From Octopus sinensis (taxonomy: Eukaryota), in the NCBI RefSeq assembly GCF_006345805.1, contig NC_043001.1, positions 97,836,001 through 97,900,000 on the forward strand: a stretch of DNA of 64,000 bases, written 5' to 3'. Positions 26,270-40,558 of this stretch are shown piece after piece (position 1 is the first letter of the stretch; each line of letters starts with the position of its first letter). The notes below the pieces were generated by a model. That model was not told where the DNA came from, ran no database searches, and worked only from the letters and a program-made list of their open reading frames with translations. A program made the position numbers and the translations under genes.

Positions 26270-26480
26270 TGAACAGGTGCACTGCGAGTGGTGGTGGTAG
26301 TGATGGTAGTAGAAGGAGAAAACGTTGATGATGATGACATTGATGATGATGGCTAGCATGACAACGACGAAGATAACCGTGTTGACCACAAAAGGAGATG
26401 GCAATGACAACACCGATGATAAAGATGATGGCGAATTGATGTTGATTATGGAGATAATAATGATGATGATGATCATGAAA
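26270..26480. repeat. Degenerate (GAT)n low-complexity tract
   Basis: Direct reading. Confidence 0.8.
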
Positions 26481-26564
26481 AGAACCTAAAAAAAGACATG
26501 AAGTTGAAAAAGGACAAGATATCATGTTCGGCATCGTTAAGTCAAACGTGACCAACACTCTTTT

Positions 26565-26985
26565 CTACTGTAGTCACAACGCCCGAAATTTTAGGGGAAG
26601 GGACCAGTCGATTAGATCGAAATCAGTTTGCAACTGGTACTTAATTTATCGACCTCAAAAGGATAAATGGCGAAGTCGACTTCGGCGGTATATGAACTCA
26701 GAACGTAGCAACAGACGAAATACCGCTAAGAATTTCGTCCGGCGTGCTAACGTTCCTTATTTCTTTATTGCCTATAATGGGCTACACACAGAGGGGGTAA
26801 ACAAGGACAGACAAACGGATAAATCGATTATATCGATTCCAGTGCGCAACTGGTTCTCATTTAATCGACCCTGAAAGGATGAAAGGCAAAGTCGACTTCG
26901 ACGGAATTTGAACTGAGAAGTAAAGACAGACGAAATGCCACTAAGCATTTCGTCCGGCGTGCTAACGTTTCTGCCAGCTCACCCC
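26565..26985 (-). mobile_element. Nin-SINE dimer
   Basis: Family consensus. Confidence 0.88.
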
Positions 26986-27400
26986 CGTCCAAACATGAAC
27001 GACATTATCACCATCGTCAAATTTGCTTTAGAAATTATTCCTTTTCACATTTACTTTAATATATCATCACATTTCGTCCATAATTAAAATCACATCTAAA
27101 TAGACATTTCATAACATGGCTACTAATTGTGTAGGTTGCAACAGTTCCGTACTACATAGAGTAACGTCAATACTTAGGTTACAAACACTGTTATTCATTA
27201 AAGACAAATGATTGGAGTCGTGCTGTGCTACTGAAGAAATACTTTACTGGTAAGTCTTTCGTACTTACGTCTTCATGCGTCATTTTATATCTAACGATTT
27301 CTGACGACGCAGACATCTAATCGTGTATTTTGTTTATTATTTTCATAAATAATAACTGCGACCGCGACAACGCAATTTCATATTTGCTTTCACACACACA

Positions 27401-27445
<45 letters not shown>

Positions 27446-27507
27446 ATATATAAGTAAATATATAAATGAATATATATGTGTGTGTATGCGTGTATATATA
27501 AGTATAC

Positions 27508-27545
<38 letters not shown>

Positions 27546-28009
27546 ATCAACTCTATTGACAAACTTTGTAATAAATATTTGAAAACAAGCGTTGATATTA
27601 TTTCCCAAGAGCAAACAAACTGCAACCTACATATCTATGTTCTTTAGTATACTTTGTATTATATGTTTCGGTCATATCTATTTGACTGTATGGCACAAAC
27701 AATGTATTATGTTATATGTGTACGTGAATGTATTACTTTATACAATTTGTAAAGATGGTATTGACGTGCGTTGAATATATTATCTTTCTTCCTCACTTTC
27801 TCCATCTCTATGTTGCTAAATATATGGTTGTGTTCGAGAGTGCTAGTATACCTATATACTTATAGCCATAGATACACATCTACACATAACTATATGAATA
27901 TATGTGAGTGCGGGTGTATGGGAGACTTTTCTCATAGTAGAAGAAATGGCTAAAATTATTTGGCTGCTATTTCTAAAAGTTCGGTGTGTGGTAAATTAAA
28001 TTTTTTTAC

Positions 28010-28041
28010 TGAACCCTAATTATATATATATATAATATATA

Positions 28042-28131
<90 letters not shown>

Positions 28132-28151
28132 ATACCTACATACATATATAT

Positions 28152-28232
<81 letters not shown>
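28010..28232. repeat. (TA)n/(TAGA)n microsatellite
   Basis: Direct reading. Confidence 0.95.
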
Positions 28233-28284
28233 TATTAGTGAATTGAAGAAATGGAGTTGAACGAAGATTGAACAGAAATCGCTT

Positions 28285-28377
28285 TATTGCATTCTACACG
28301 TGTTTCGAAAGGCACAATTTACCAAATTCCGATTGAATAAGGAGACCATATTGTGTCTTTCTCTTCAGGAAGAAATA
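28285..28377 (-). ncRNA. Type I hammerhead ribozyme (inverted copy)
   Basis: Reverse complement of the 28461-28553 motif; C3 at 28368, predicted cleavage between 28295 and 28294. Confidence 0.8.
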
Positions 28378-28460
28378 GTTTGGCCATGGGCTCTTAGGAG
28401 CCTCGTTCGATTTGTTTTGCTCCGCCTCTGTTCTGTTTTTGTTTTTTCCAACGGATTTCC

Positions 28461-28553
28461 TATTTCTTCCTGAAGAGAAAGACACAATATGGTCTCCTTA
28501 TTCAATCGGAATTTGGTAAATTGTGCCTTTCGAAACACGTGTAGAATGCAATA
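28461..28553 (+). ncRNA. Type I hammerhead ribozyme, canonical core
   Basis: tatt-tc-ttc-CTGAAGA-gaaagacacaat[31 nt]attgtgcctttc-GAAA-cacgtg-TA-gaa-tgc-aata; G10.1-C11.1 pair, 11/12-bp helix II, palindromic helix III, GUA site after 28543. Confidence 0.82.
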
Positions 28554-28774
28554 AAACGATTTCTGTTCAATCTTCGTTCAACTCCATTTCTTCAATTCAC
28601 TAATAATATTAAAATTCAATTATCCGAACCAACGCACGGTTGCAACACCATATGGTTGTACCTCCAACGGTGCTGTCTTCTGCTGTGATTTTTGCTACCA
28701 AGGTATCGGTTAAACTTTTGATTAATCTGCAACAAGATTATTCATCTTTCTATTTCACAAAATATATATTTATA

Positions 28775-28891
28775 TTATATATATAATATATATATTATAT
28801 ATATATATGTGTGTGTGTGTATGTATGTATATATATATATGTATGCATGTATATATATATATACATATATATTATATATATATATATATGT

Positions 28892-28927
<36 letters not shown>

Positions 28928-28985
28928 ACATATATATATATATATATATATGTATACATATATATATATATATATATATATATGT

Positions 28986-29029
<44 letters not shown>

Positions 29030-29125
29030 ACATATATATATATATATATGTATATATATACATAGTCACACACACACACATACTCATACACACACACACG
29101 CACACACACACACACATATATATAT
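28775..29125. repeat. (TA)n/(CA)n microsatellite
   Basis: Direct reading. Confidence 0.95.
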
Positions 29126-29295
29126 TTACATACATATACCTGTATCCGTAAATGTATGCAGGGAAATAAACCTGTAGATAATGGACTGAATAAATGTTTG
29201 TTCCCTTCCTTATTTCAACGAGAAGTAGTCTCACACTCAAACACCACTTATCGTTAAAGAATCTTGACAGTCCTATTCTCGACAACATTACTCAC

Positions 29296-29348
29296 TCGCG
29301 CCGTTTCATACGAGGGGATGGCTATTTGATCTCCGAGGATTTGGGGGC
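29296..29348 (-). CDS. Candidate 53-nt internal exon, product unknown
   Basis: Acceptor ttttgttcacattaacAG, donor GTGAGT; only one open frame, (G)PQILGDQIAIPSYETAR. Confidence 0.3.
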
Positions 29349-30279
29349 CTGTTAATGTGAACAAAACGTTACATATTTCCTTCACGTTGCATTATGACCA
29401 ACATCTGTTCTCCTCCTGTTCTTCCCGGTCTAATTCATTCGATCTACGATCTGCCAACCTCACCCGAGTTAATTAACTATAGCACGCAATGCTGACTACA
29501 CTTAATCGCTTTATGCCAGCTATGGGTACATATGATTCGTCTGCAATATGTACCGATATGATTCGACTATAACATCTATCAAACATTCCTGACGAGAATC
29601 TACAAACAGTCTTCAAATATTCTTTTATATCTGTTTCCTCTCTCGTTTTGTTTGTATAAAAGGAAGCGAATTGTTTTCTAGACTTCAACTGATCTTAAAT
29701 ATATCAAGAAGAATTATTGCAGTATTTCTGAGATGAGCACGGAAAATCGTTCAGTAATTCATATTGGATTAAAAAATTATCGAATGCTGCAATATACAGT
29801 AGTTACAGATAAACCAATGTGTTATTTCCTGCAAAATATTTGTCTGTAATCCAAACGAGTGAAAAAATCCCCCAAGGTATAGGGAAGGGCATCAGGATGA
29901 AGATTAAGGTGGCAATGGTTGATAAAAGACCACACGTGGAACTCTTCTGCCGTCGAAGACTAATTCACTCCTCGCCGACTCCCTCAGGCGAAATGTAGCG
30001 GCTGAGGCGCAAAAATACTTGTAACCTTGAGATGCCAGCTGATTATACGAAAGAGTTGGCAACATTGGGATGGATTTAGAAGAAGAGCTTCCAAAACCTT
30101 TGTTCAGCTCCTGAATCTTCTGCATGTGGAGAGAGATTTCTGATGTTTATTTCACCTTTATTAGTTACTCAATGGCGTTGGACTTTCAATATATTTTAGG
30201 TTCATTCAAAATAGGTATACGAATAGACAAATATATATGAACGAGATCTAGAAAGAGAGATGCATCTAAATCTATATCC

Positions 30280-30515
30280 CTTCTTATTTCTCTATAGCCC
30301 ACAAGGGGCTAAACATAGAGGGGACAAACAAGGACAGACAAAGGGATCAAGTCGATTACATCGACACCAGTGCATAACTGGTGCTTAATTTATCGATCCT
30401 GAAAGGATGAAAGGCAAAGTCGACCGTGGCGGAATTTGAACTCAAAACGTAACGGCGGACTAAATACTGCTAAGCATTTCGCCCGGCGTGCTAACGTTTC
30501 TGCCAACTAGCTGCC
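30280..30515 (-). mobile_element. Nin-SINE monomer
   Basis: Family consensus. Confidence 0.88.
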
Positions 30516-32699
30516 TTTTCTATATCTCTTCTTGTCTCGATATCTGTTACCCTCTCCCCATCTCTTTCTCCATGCGTATTCAATGTATACAGACACACTA
30601 AAATACGCACATGTACACACAAACTCACTCTCACACACACAGTCACACAGACACATATATACATGCACACAATATATATAATGCAGACATGTAAATGTAT
30701 GTATTTCTTACGAATGATTATATGTGCCGGTTCACTTTATGTCTCTTTGAAACATTAGTTAATTTCGAGAATTCAATCCCGTGAGTAAATCGTATTGCAA
30801 GTCATGAAGGAAAATAACCGCGTTTAACTACCTTTATGATTTATATAATCTACCCTTTGATATTAAGATATATTTTATTACACTATATCTCATAAACAAT
30901 AAGACTCAGTGAAAATACGATAGGGGAGGGCGTTGTTTTCTCAATACACAGACGGCCGTATTTCATATATTTTATATATATATATATATATATCGTGCTT
31001 TTATATTTGGTTTGCTAAATTTAACATATTCTTGCAGAGAAAAGGTGCATGAAATGTATGGGCAGATATATAATATCATAGTTTCACGCTAAATCTTAAT
31101 TCTAATCGTGGTTATCTGTTTGGTTGCGAAGGAAGATGGTCTACAAGTATGAAACGAATTTCTATAGACTATAGTATAACCTTCTATAATAACACTGGAT
31201 AATTCTGTTTCTAAGCTATATGTGACACTCTACTCGCATTACAAATTATCCTGGTAAATATAGTTTTCCACTAGTAATAACCTCGTCGTCGATCATTCAC
31301 ACTGATCACTTTAACAGAGGATTAATTTATTTTCGGCCGCCATATTCACGAGTGAATAAGTTCGTTTTTGGATGAAGAAATATGTGATCAAAGATTGTCC
31401 ACCTACGACTAACACATCATTACTCTACGCATTTAAGTATCTATAATTGCAATATCATTCATTATACAACAATACTGAAAGTGTTTTAATTATCTTTTCT
31501 AGTATATCAAGTGTCAATATCGTTTCTCAGTCTTCAGTTATTTAGCTCCAGATCACCTCTCTTCGAGCAGATATCATTTCAATGATGAAAAAAGTGATAC
31601 TTTTTCTGTCTTTTATTTATAAATTTATGATTTCATTAACAAATTTATCGTTCTTCACTGACCAATGTAATATCAAAATATTATATATGTAGGATACCTT
31701 CTGACTACGTAGTGTCATCCTCATTATTTCGATATTATTTTTTCAGAGGAAATGCACGTTTTTCAAATTATATTCAGTGAATAAATCCGTTGTCAGATGG
31801 AGATCTACTCACTAATTCAACGTCTCTATGCAACATCACATCAGAGCTATTTGTTTGCTACATCGTCACCGTATACTTAGAGATTATGATGATTCTGAAG
31901 ATAATATTATATGTGAATGAATATGGTGCCAATGGTGATACTATATACAACTGCAAAAATACCTCTAAAAAATCAAGGGTAATTTATCCCCATTATTTCA
32001 GTAATATTTATTCTCATGCTCTTCCTGCACATAGCCGTCATATTATTTAGAATAAAACTTGCATGTTCTTTATATAAAATATGTTGATGTATTTCATATG
32101 ATACTTCTCATCATAACATATTTAACTACAGAAGCGGAGATCACGAATTCATTTCCTAATATTTTACATATCGCCTGTTCTATGATTAAACTATTCTATT
32201 TATTGCGTCAGTATATTCATTTATTGAATGAGCTGTCGATGGAAACCTTATTCAGGCACTAGAACTGTTATTTATAGAAGACAATTGTTCTCTCTCTTCA
32301 GATCCCACCGTTTTAAAGAATTGAGAATAATTTGGACAACATTAACTTGCTTGCAGATTAACAGAAGTATGAAACGGGTATGGTCAAATAGCATTTAGCC
32401 GTAGGTTTGTGTGATTGCCAGAGTTTATATAATGTTTGGTAATATTTGATATTAGCAACCATTTAAGGAACATGTCACAAGTCCTAGATATCATGTAAGT
32501 GATCTGGAAAATATTTTAAACATAACGGTGTCTAAAGCTTATGTTATCGTTTTGTCAGGATATTTATCCCCAAAATATTAAACTTGGAACACAAATAGCC
32601 AGTTATAAGATTATTCAGAATATATTTCTTCATATTTTAATCTCAATATTGGATCTATATTTTATACTTAGCAATGTATCTCGAATTCTGAAATTGGGT

Positions 32700-32910
32700 T
32701 TCAAATTTTGGGACAAGGCTAGTGGTTTCAGGGGAGGAGGTAAGTCCATTAATTCGAAACTCGTCCTCAAATGATACTCATTTTATCGAACCCGAAATGA
32801 TGTAAGGTTAAGTCGGCTCCAGTAGCATTTGAAATCAAAGGGCAAAGACGGATGAAATGCCACTAAACATTCTGCCCGGCGTGCTAACGATTCTGCTAGC
32901 TCGCCGCCTT
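32700..32910 (-). mobile_element. Nin-SINE, diverged
   Basis: Head ggcggcgagctagcagaatcgttagcacgcc on the minus strand; degenerate core. Confidence 0.75.
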
Positions 32911-35029
32911 ATTCTGACCTATTATTAACAATATGACTGTACACTAGACTTATTTTTCTATCGGTTCTTAAATTTCCCATATTAAATATTTACTTGAAGG
33001 TACTCTCCGTTCTTTTACGTGGATGTTTTATTTAATTATACGATGTACCCTACAAGTCTGTTCAAAACCTCTCTTCTACAATTAGTATACGCAAGTAATA
33101 TACATCGGAAATTATAAATGAAACTGCTTTAATTTTTTTTCTATATACATCAATACGATATCTCTCATCACATGCATGTAGAGCTGAGACAAAATCGATT
33201 GTATCGACCTTAGTTGGCTTATTGGAACTATATTTTACAACAAGAAAACAGAGACTATTGAAGAGTATGGCTTTACTGATTACAAAGGAAGTAAAATTTG
33301 ATAATCTATTAAAAGTAGAAAGGATTTTGTATCTCAAAATAATTTCAGGGCTTTCTTATCTTATTAAGGCTAAAGCCATACTTGTATTGGCATTAATTCC
33401 TTGCGGGCGAGCACGTACAAGAGTATAATGTTAGCTCATACGAATGCAAGCGGGCAATCATCTTTCTAACTTCGATCTCGTCTTACTTTCACTGCAAGTG
33501 CCGATGGGAAAATTCATTACCATCACAGTACTGAAATTACTCTTGTCATCAAACTTTTGCACATTCGTGGAAATAAAACTGAAAATATTAATAGATAGGT
33601 GTGGAAAAATACTAGAATTTCGCCACCAATTTACTTCATTGTTCGTAACCACCGAGGTAATATTTAAACGCATCTATACATCCATTTCATGTATTTCTGT
33701 TATAAATGCTATGGTTGATTATTTCATTTCTCGTTCTGGTTATTACATTGTGCTGGTAATTCTATAATGTCGATCTTTACAGAATTACTTGCTGTTAAAT
33801 TCAAAATGAACATTCAACACAACTCCAGATAGTGCTCACCCGTGTCGGTGCATATCTGAATTTCCATTCCTTCTTATTCAGAACTCGTACCTGTATATCA
33901 GCCACGATGACTTCCAGTTTTTTACTCGCCAATACTTCCAAAAGCGTCAGCTCGTTTCATCATTCTCCTTACTTTTAAAATATTTTCGAACATATTTGCT
34001 CCTGGATTGAATATCTATCTCAACAAACCCTGAAACAATTGTCATGTGTCAGTTCAATATCCTCAACTAATCTTAGCTGATACATGAATTCCCCACTGGT
34101 GTCGCCCATTCACAAACTTAATATTTTTCAAACCTAAATCACAACATCAGTTCCGTTTATATCTAACGCTCACCACTGAGCGACACACAAGCACTCTTAA
34201 AGCCCTCAATTTATTTTTCATCTCCAAAACCGACATCATACAATTTTAACTGTGTCCGTTAAGGAATTACAACTCCATCGACAAAACAGTGTATGGAATG
34301 CTATGAAAATCGAAGATTTCTTTTTTATTTTTATTTTGATAAAGTAAGCGAAGTTTTAAACATCCGGTTCAAAAGAGAAAATGTTTGTACGATAATGCAG
34401 AAGAGGTGGCACTTTATTTTGACGATTGTAGGTCTGGTTCAATTACGAAAACTTTAAGTTGTAAGTGGCAAATCCACTTTTCAAAATATTGCTCGAATAG
34501 ATTAAATGAACTGAAGAATCGTTTATGCAAACACGAAATACTTGCGCAACAATTAATAACATACATCAAGTTGTTTAAAAAATACTACATAACAGCATCA
34601 GAATTAAAGGAGAAAGGAATATGTTAACTCGAAATAGACCATTTGAAAGGATATCTCACGTTTGACATTTTAAATCATGAAACAATAAAAATCTGGCATT
34701 CATTTATATAAAATTTTGAATTTTATTTAAATAGCAAGCCGTTTAAGAAGCAGCAATCTCTTATTATCTCCTGTGAGAATGGCAAAGCGAAAATGAGTAC
34801 GTTAAAATTCATCAATTAATATTTATTAAAGTGTATTTTATATTTACGTATTGAATTTTGTAATTGATGTCGTTTCTTGATTATTTTGCCTCAATATCTA
34901 CCTCGTGCTCTCTCGGTCTGTCTGTCTGTCTGTCTGTCACTCACTTTGTCTCTGTTTCTATACAGATAAATACATACATGCTTACATACACACACATATA
35001 TACATATATATACACATAAACACACTCAT

Positions 35030-35291
35030 ACAATTATATATATATATATATATTATATATGTGTGTGTGTATGTATATGTATATATATATATGTATATAT
35101 AATATATACATATATATATTATATGTATGTATGTATATATACATATATATATATATGTATGTATGTATATATATATATATGTATGTATGTATTATATATA
35201 TATATATATACATGTATATTATATATATATATAATATATATATATGTATGTATATATATATATATATATGTATGTATTATATATATATATC

Positions 35292-35354
<63 letters not shown>

Positions 35355-35371
35355 TATATATATGTAGTATG

Positions 35372-35411
<40 letters not shown>

Positions 35412-35416
35412 ATATA

Positions 35417-35448
<32 letters not shown>

Positions 35449-35508
35449 TGTATATTATATATATATATATAATATATATATATGTATATTATATATATAT
35501 ATATATAT

Positions 35509-35542
<34 letters not shown>

Positions 35543-35571
35543 ATATATATATATATACATATATATATATT

Positions 35572-35605
<34 letters not shown>

Positions 35606-35610
35606 CGAGA
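35030..35610. repeat. ~580-bp (TA)n-dominated microsatellite
   Basis: Direct reading. Confidence 0.97.
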
Positions 35611-36054
35611 ATGAACATACACAAATGTACATACAGCAATACAAACGCACATTTCTGTCGTACTCCTCTGAACCCGTATATATTAATACTTAAAATACAT
35701 ACAGTTATATGAAGTTAATATTTTATAAGAAAAAATAACAAACATATAAACAACCTAAAGTTGATTCAGATATGAAACCTCCATCAGAATCATTACGTTT
35801 AAACATTAAAATATACTTCATTCCGAGAAGAAAAAATAATTAATAATGAGAAAAGGAAATTCCAGGAGGAACTCCTAAACATTTAATATTCGCCTCAGTT
35901 ACTGCTTCATTAAGTAGTTGAGTGTAGTTTTTCTTCGAATCTATGAATGTATAGATGAAGATTGAAATAGAAATGAGTATTTGTGAATAGCTATACTACC
36001 AAATTATTTACATCTCAAGCTGGATTTCTGCACTGAGTTGATATTTGCATTAAT

Positions 36055-36610
36055 AAGTCAGCGAGCTGGCAGAAACGTTAGCGCGCCGGGCGAGGTGCTT
36101 TGCGGTATTTCGTTTGCCTTTACATTCTGAGTTCAAATTCCGCCGTGGTCGACATTGCCTTTCATCATTTCCAGGGCGATAAATTAAGTACAAGTTTCTT
36201 AGTAGGTTCGATCTAATTGACTGGCCCCATTCCCCAAAAGTTCGTGCCTTGTCCCTCCGGACGAAGTGCTTAGCGGTATTTCGTCTGCCTTTACGTTCTG
36301 AGTTCAAAATCAAGTACCAATTAAGCTCTGGGCTCGATGTAATCGACCTAATCTCTTTGTCTGCCATTGTTTGACCTTTCTACATTTGGCCCCTTGTGGG
36401 CAATAACGAAATGAGAAACGTTAGCATTTCGGGCGAAATACCTGGTGGCATTTGGTCTGTTTTTACGTTATGCGGTCATATTCCGCCGTGATAGAATTTG
36501 CATTACATACTTTCAGGGTTGATAAATTAAGTACCAGTTGCGTACCGCGGTCGATATAATCCACTGGGCCCCTCCCTCGAAATATCGGACCTTGTGCCTA
36601 GAGTATAAAA
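36055..36610 (+). mobile_element. Cluster of Nin-SINE units
   Basis: Three head/core segments with both tail types. Confidence 0.85.
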
Positions 36611-36774
36611 GAATAATTCTTAGTAGTAGGAATTACAACACTGATAACATATTTTAGAAGGTAAACAAAGATTGCACGCCACTGTCAACCTTGACAAAAT
36701 TCTAGTAAAACGTCCTGAAGTGACAACACCATGTAAACACACACACAAATCTATATCTATCTATTTATATATAA

Positions 36775-36820
<46 letters not shown>

Positions 36821-38289
36821 ATATATATATATTATATACATATACATATACACATATATACACATGTGTATATACATACATATATATATACATAGATTTA
36901 TATACATATATACATACACACGCTCTATCACATACACAAATATGTATAATATATCTGTATATATATATATATATATATATACAGACGCACATACACAGCA
37001 TATATACACACATACACGCATATGTATACACACGCACACATACTCATACGCACACACGTATACATTTCTGAAATGAGAGAGAAACATCGAGAGGTTCGTT
37101 CGTATAACATATACATTAGGCGCGAATTTCGCAGACAAGAAAATGTTTTCAAGACGAAAAAAAAATTACTAAAATATACGAATATAATATAATATACATA
37201 TTATTTGTTTGAATAGAATGTGAAATTGTGTTCATTGAAATTTAAAAGATAAAATAAAACTTTTTTTTAAACTCTAAATAACAAAACGAATTAGGGTGGT
37301 GAAATTGGTGGCCTATAATAATGCAGTAGAACTGAAGCATAATCGAAGTTTTATGTGGATTCTAAGTGAAAGAAAATGTGTTTTGTGTATTGAAATAGAA
37401 AATATTAAAGATTAAAGTGTAAATATCAGCAATTATTATGGAGGTATCATTGATTGAATTACGATTTTATTCTTGAAAAATACTTTCTATATGTTAAATA
37501 TATATACATATATATATATATATGTATGTATGTATGTATGTGTGTATGTATGTATGTATGTATATATATATATATATATATAATTTATGCATGTATGTAT
37601 ATATATACACGTATATTTATGTATGTATACATGTGTGTGCGTATATATATATATAATATATGTGTCTTACTCTTTCTCTCTCTCTCTCTCTCTCTCGGAC
37701 TATATATATATATGTATATATCCTATTTTTATTTATGCATGTATATTTAGTCGAAAGCGAGTCGACCTTTCACAAATATGGTTTTTATATGTGTGTGACT
37801 GTGTGTTGTCTTTAGTTACAATAGAGCATCATATTGGGCGGTTGAACGACACCAAAAACCATGGACTCGGTCAGTTATATATAATCTTGCATCTGTTACA
37901 TAATTTCTTTTGGCAACCATATTCACTGAAATTTATTCACGAAACTTTTATGAATAGGAAAACCTTTTTGTAACGTGATCTTTTTATTTCATTTTTTTGT
38001 GTTGTGCATGTAAAACACAGCGTGTGAAAACATTCACGAATATGTTTTCAGTAAAACCATTGTAGAGGAACATTTGTTTTGTGAAGACATTTTTGTATTT
38101 TAGCTTTCATATATGTAAATATACGCAAAGAAACTGTTTAACCTTATGCTAAGGAATAAAACGTTTCGTCCAAACCAAAATATGGGTATTAAGCATTTTG
38201 AACAGATTCTCATTAGTTACACTATATATATGTGAGTGTGTGTATGTGTGAGTGTGTGCGTATGTAGATACATACATATATATATATTC

Positions 38290-38445
38290 TCTCCTTTTTT
38301 TCTGTTTATCTTTCTGTCGAAGAGCGTAGGCTCGAAACGTAAAATACTTTTTCTATTCCTGAGCGCTATACTGATATATTTGTTTGTTTGTACACCACCT
38401 CACCTGCCTTCGTCTTTTTTTTATTTTCGTAAACTTCCCTTTACA
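38290..38445 (+). mobile_element. PLE-terminus-like repeat with minimal hammerhead-like motif (38311-38345); same family as 22745-22920
   Basis: ttt-CTGTCGA-A-GAGC-gtag-GCTC-GAAA-cg-TA-aaa followed by ttctattcctgagcgctatact. Confidence 0.65.
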
Positions 38446-38446
38446 T

Positions 38447-38491
<45 letters not shown>

Positions 38492-39088
38492 TTTTTGTTT
38501 TTTTATATTCGTCCCTTTTGCTGTCCTGGTGTTCGTATGCATTCGATCCTTCTTCCAGGAAATCTCGCTCCCAGCTTAGTTTTTCTAATGCTCGTTGCTT
38601 AGTTTTTCTTGGAGGGCTGGCCGTGATCTAGTAATCTCAAGATTAATCAGCCGAAATTACTACGATGATCCGGTTCTTGACTGAAGACTGAGGGTTTCGA
38701 ATGTCCTGTCCGTGTTTATTGTATCGACTTCTAAGAGTTATACGTTCTTGTCCATGTTGTATTTTTCTACCTACTTAAACATATATTCCAGGCGCCACGT
38801 ACCCTCTTAACATTAATGTGAGCACATATTCTTAATAATTGGTACGCTCTCTGTTTGTCTCTCTCTCTCTCTCACTTTTACTTGATCTGTCCCCTTCTCT
38901 CTCTTTTCTCTCTACTACTCCTCTTCTTTTTCTCTTCTCTTTCCTCTGATTCTTTGGTCTAATCTCCCCTACCATCCTATTTCTTTGTTTGCTCGCTCTG
39001 CATTCACAGGTCAATCTTCGACACCCATCCCTTCTCCTCTCTGATTCCTCTTTCTCTCTCTTCTCTCTCTTTGTTGCGTTTGTCCCTC

Positions 39089-39121
<33 letters not shown>

Positions 39122-39654
39122 TTCTTTGCTTCTCTTTCTTTTCTTTCTCTCTCTCTTGTCACGTGACTGCTGGCCGAAATCTGCCTTTCAGCTTCTCACC
39201 AGCGTCGTGTTAACATCGTTGTTCTTCGTCCGCCGCTATAGCATCGCCGATAAGGCTCCTTTCCAATGCGCCAGAGAAAAGATTTGTTTGCTTGTTATCA
39301 GTCGTAGAACTTGTTGTTGTTTTCACCGTTAATGCTTCTGTATTTCATGTTTCGTATTCCATTATTGTTTTTTTTGTTTTTTTATATTCGTCCCTTTTGC
39401 TGTCCTGGTGGTTCGTATGCATTCGATCCTTCTTCCAGGAAATCTACGCTCCCAGCTTAGTTTTTCTAATGCTCGTTGCTTAGTTTTTCTTGGAGGGCTG
39501 GCCGTGATCTAGTAATCTCAAGATTAATCAGCCGAAATTACTACGATGATCCGGTTCTTGACTGAAGACTGAGGGTTTCGAATGTCCTGTCCGTGTTTAT
39601 TGTATCGTCTTCTAAGAGTTATACGTTCTTGTCCATGTTTGTATTTCTACATAC
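38492..39654. repeat. ~283-bp near-identical direct repeats (38492-38774, 39371-39654), period ~879 bp
   Basis: atattcgtccc starts at 38505 and 39384; CT-rich spacer; no TG..CA ends. Confidence 0.9.
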
Positions 39655-39663
39655 CTTTACATA

Positions 39664-39727
<64 letters not shown>

Positions 39728-39740
39728 TATATTATAGATC

Positions 39741-39792
<52 letters not shown>

Positions 39793-39880
39793 CATAGATA
39801 GACAAACAGACAAACAGACAGAAAGATAGACATATGGAGCGACTGACAGCCAGATAGATGGATAGATAAATAGATAAAGA
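39655..39880. repeat. (TA)n/(TAGA)n microsatellite
   Basis: Direct reading. Confidence 0.93.
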
Positions 39881-40237
39881 CAGACACACAGATTTATTAA
39901 AATGAAAAAGGAGTGAGGGAGTACGTAATGATATTTATTCGCTTAAAACTCTTTCTGCTATAATATGCAATGCACGTATGTTTAAGTAGACCGTACATTT
40001 CACAATGAAGCTATAGGGTGACACACAAGCCCTCAACTATGAGTGCTTTACTTCTTACAGCAGAAATAAATGTAATGCTGGTGAAGTTCATGACATGATT
40101 TCTTATTACCTTTTCATTTTAATTTCTTATTCCTGCTCTGTTCTTGACAGAAACTTAAGTATATGTATATTGAGTTCTTACACCACTAGATTATCAGTTT
40201 TTCAATGACATGGTCCCAAAGTCAACTTCGGCGTGAT

Positions 40238-40245
40238 TAATAATA

Positions 40246-40329
<84 letters not shown>

Positions 40330-40470
40330 GTAATAATAATAATAATAATGATAATAATGATGATGATGATGATGACGATGATGATGATGACGATGATGAT
40401 GATGATGATGATGATAATGATAATAATAATAATAATAAAACATTAATGATAATGAGAATGATGATATATT
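40238..40470. repeat. (TAA)n(GAT)n microsatellite
   Basis: Direct reading. Confidence 0.95.
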
Positions 40471-40527
40471 AAAAAATGATAATATTGATCATGGTTTATA
40501 TATAGGTATACATGCCTGTATATATAT

Positions 40528-40558
<31 letters not shown>

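Larger units (their letters stand above)
28229..28609. repeat. 150-bp near-perfect inverted repeat with 81-nt spacer
   Basis: Arms 28229-28378 and 28460-28609; one mismatch seen. Confidence 0.95.

Noticed and set aside
31790-32262. Two plus ORFs in unique AT-rich sequence
   Set aside because: Different frames, no motifs, no splice support
34511-34545. CTGAAGA...GAAA hammerhead-like hit
   Set aside because: No closing helix II, no helix III or UH site, no helix I
38492-39654. LTR retrotransposon or TRIM
   Set aside because: No TG..CA termini, PBS, PPT or TSD
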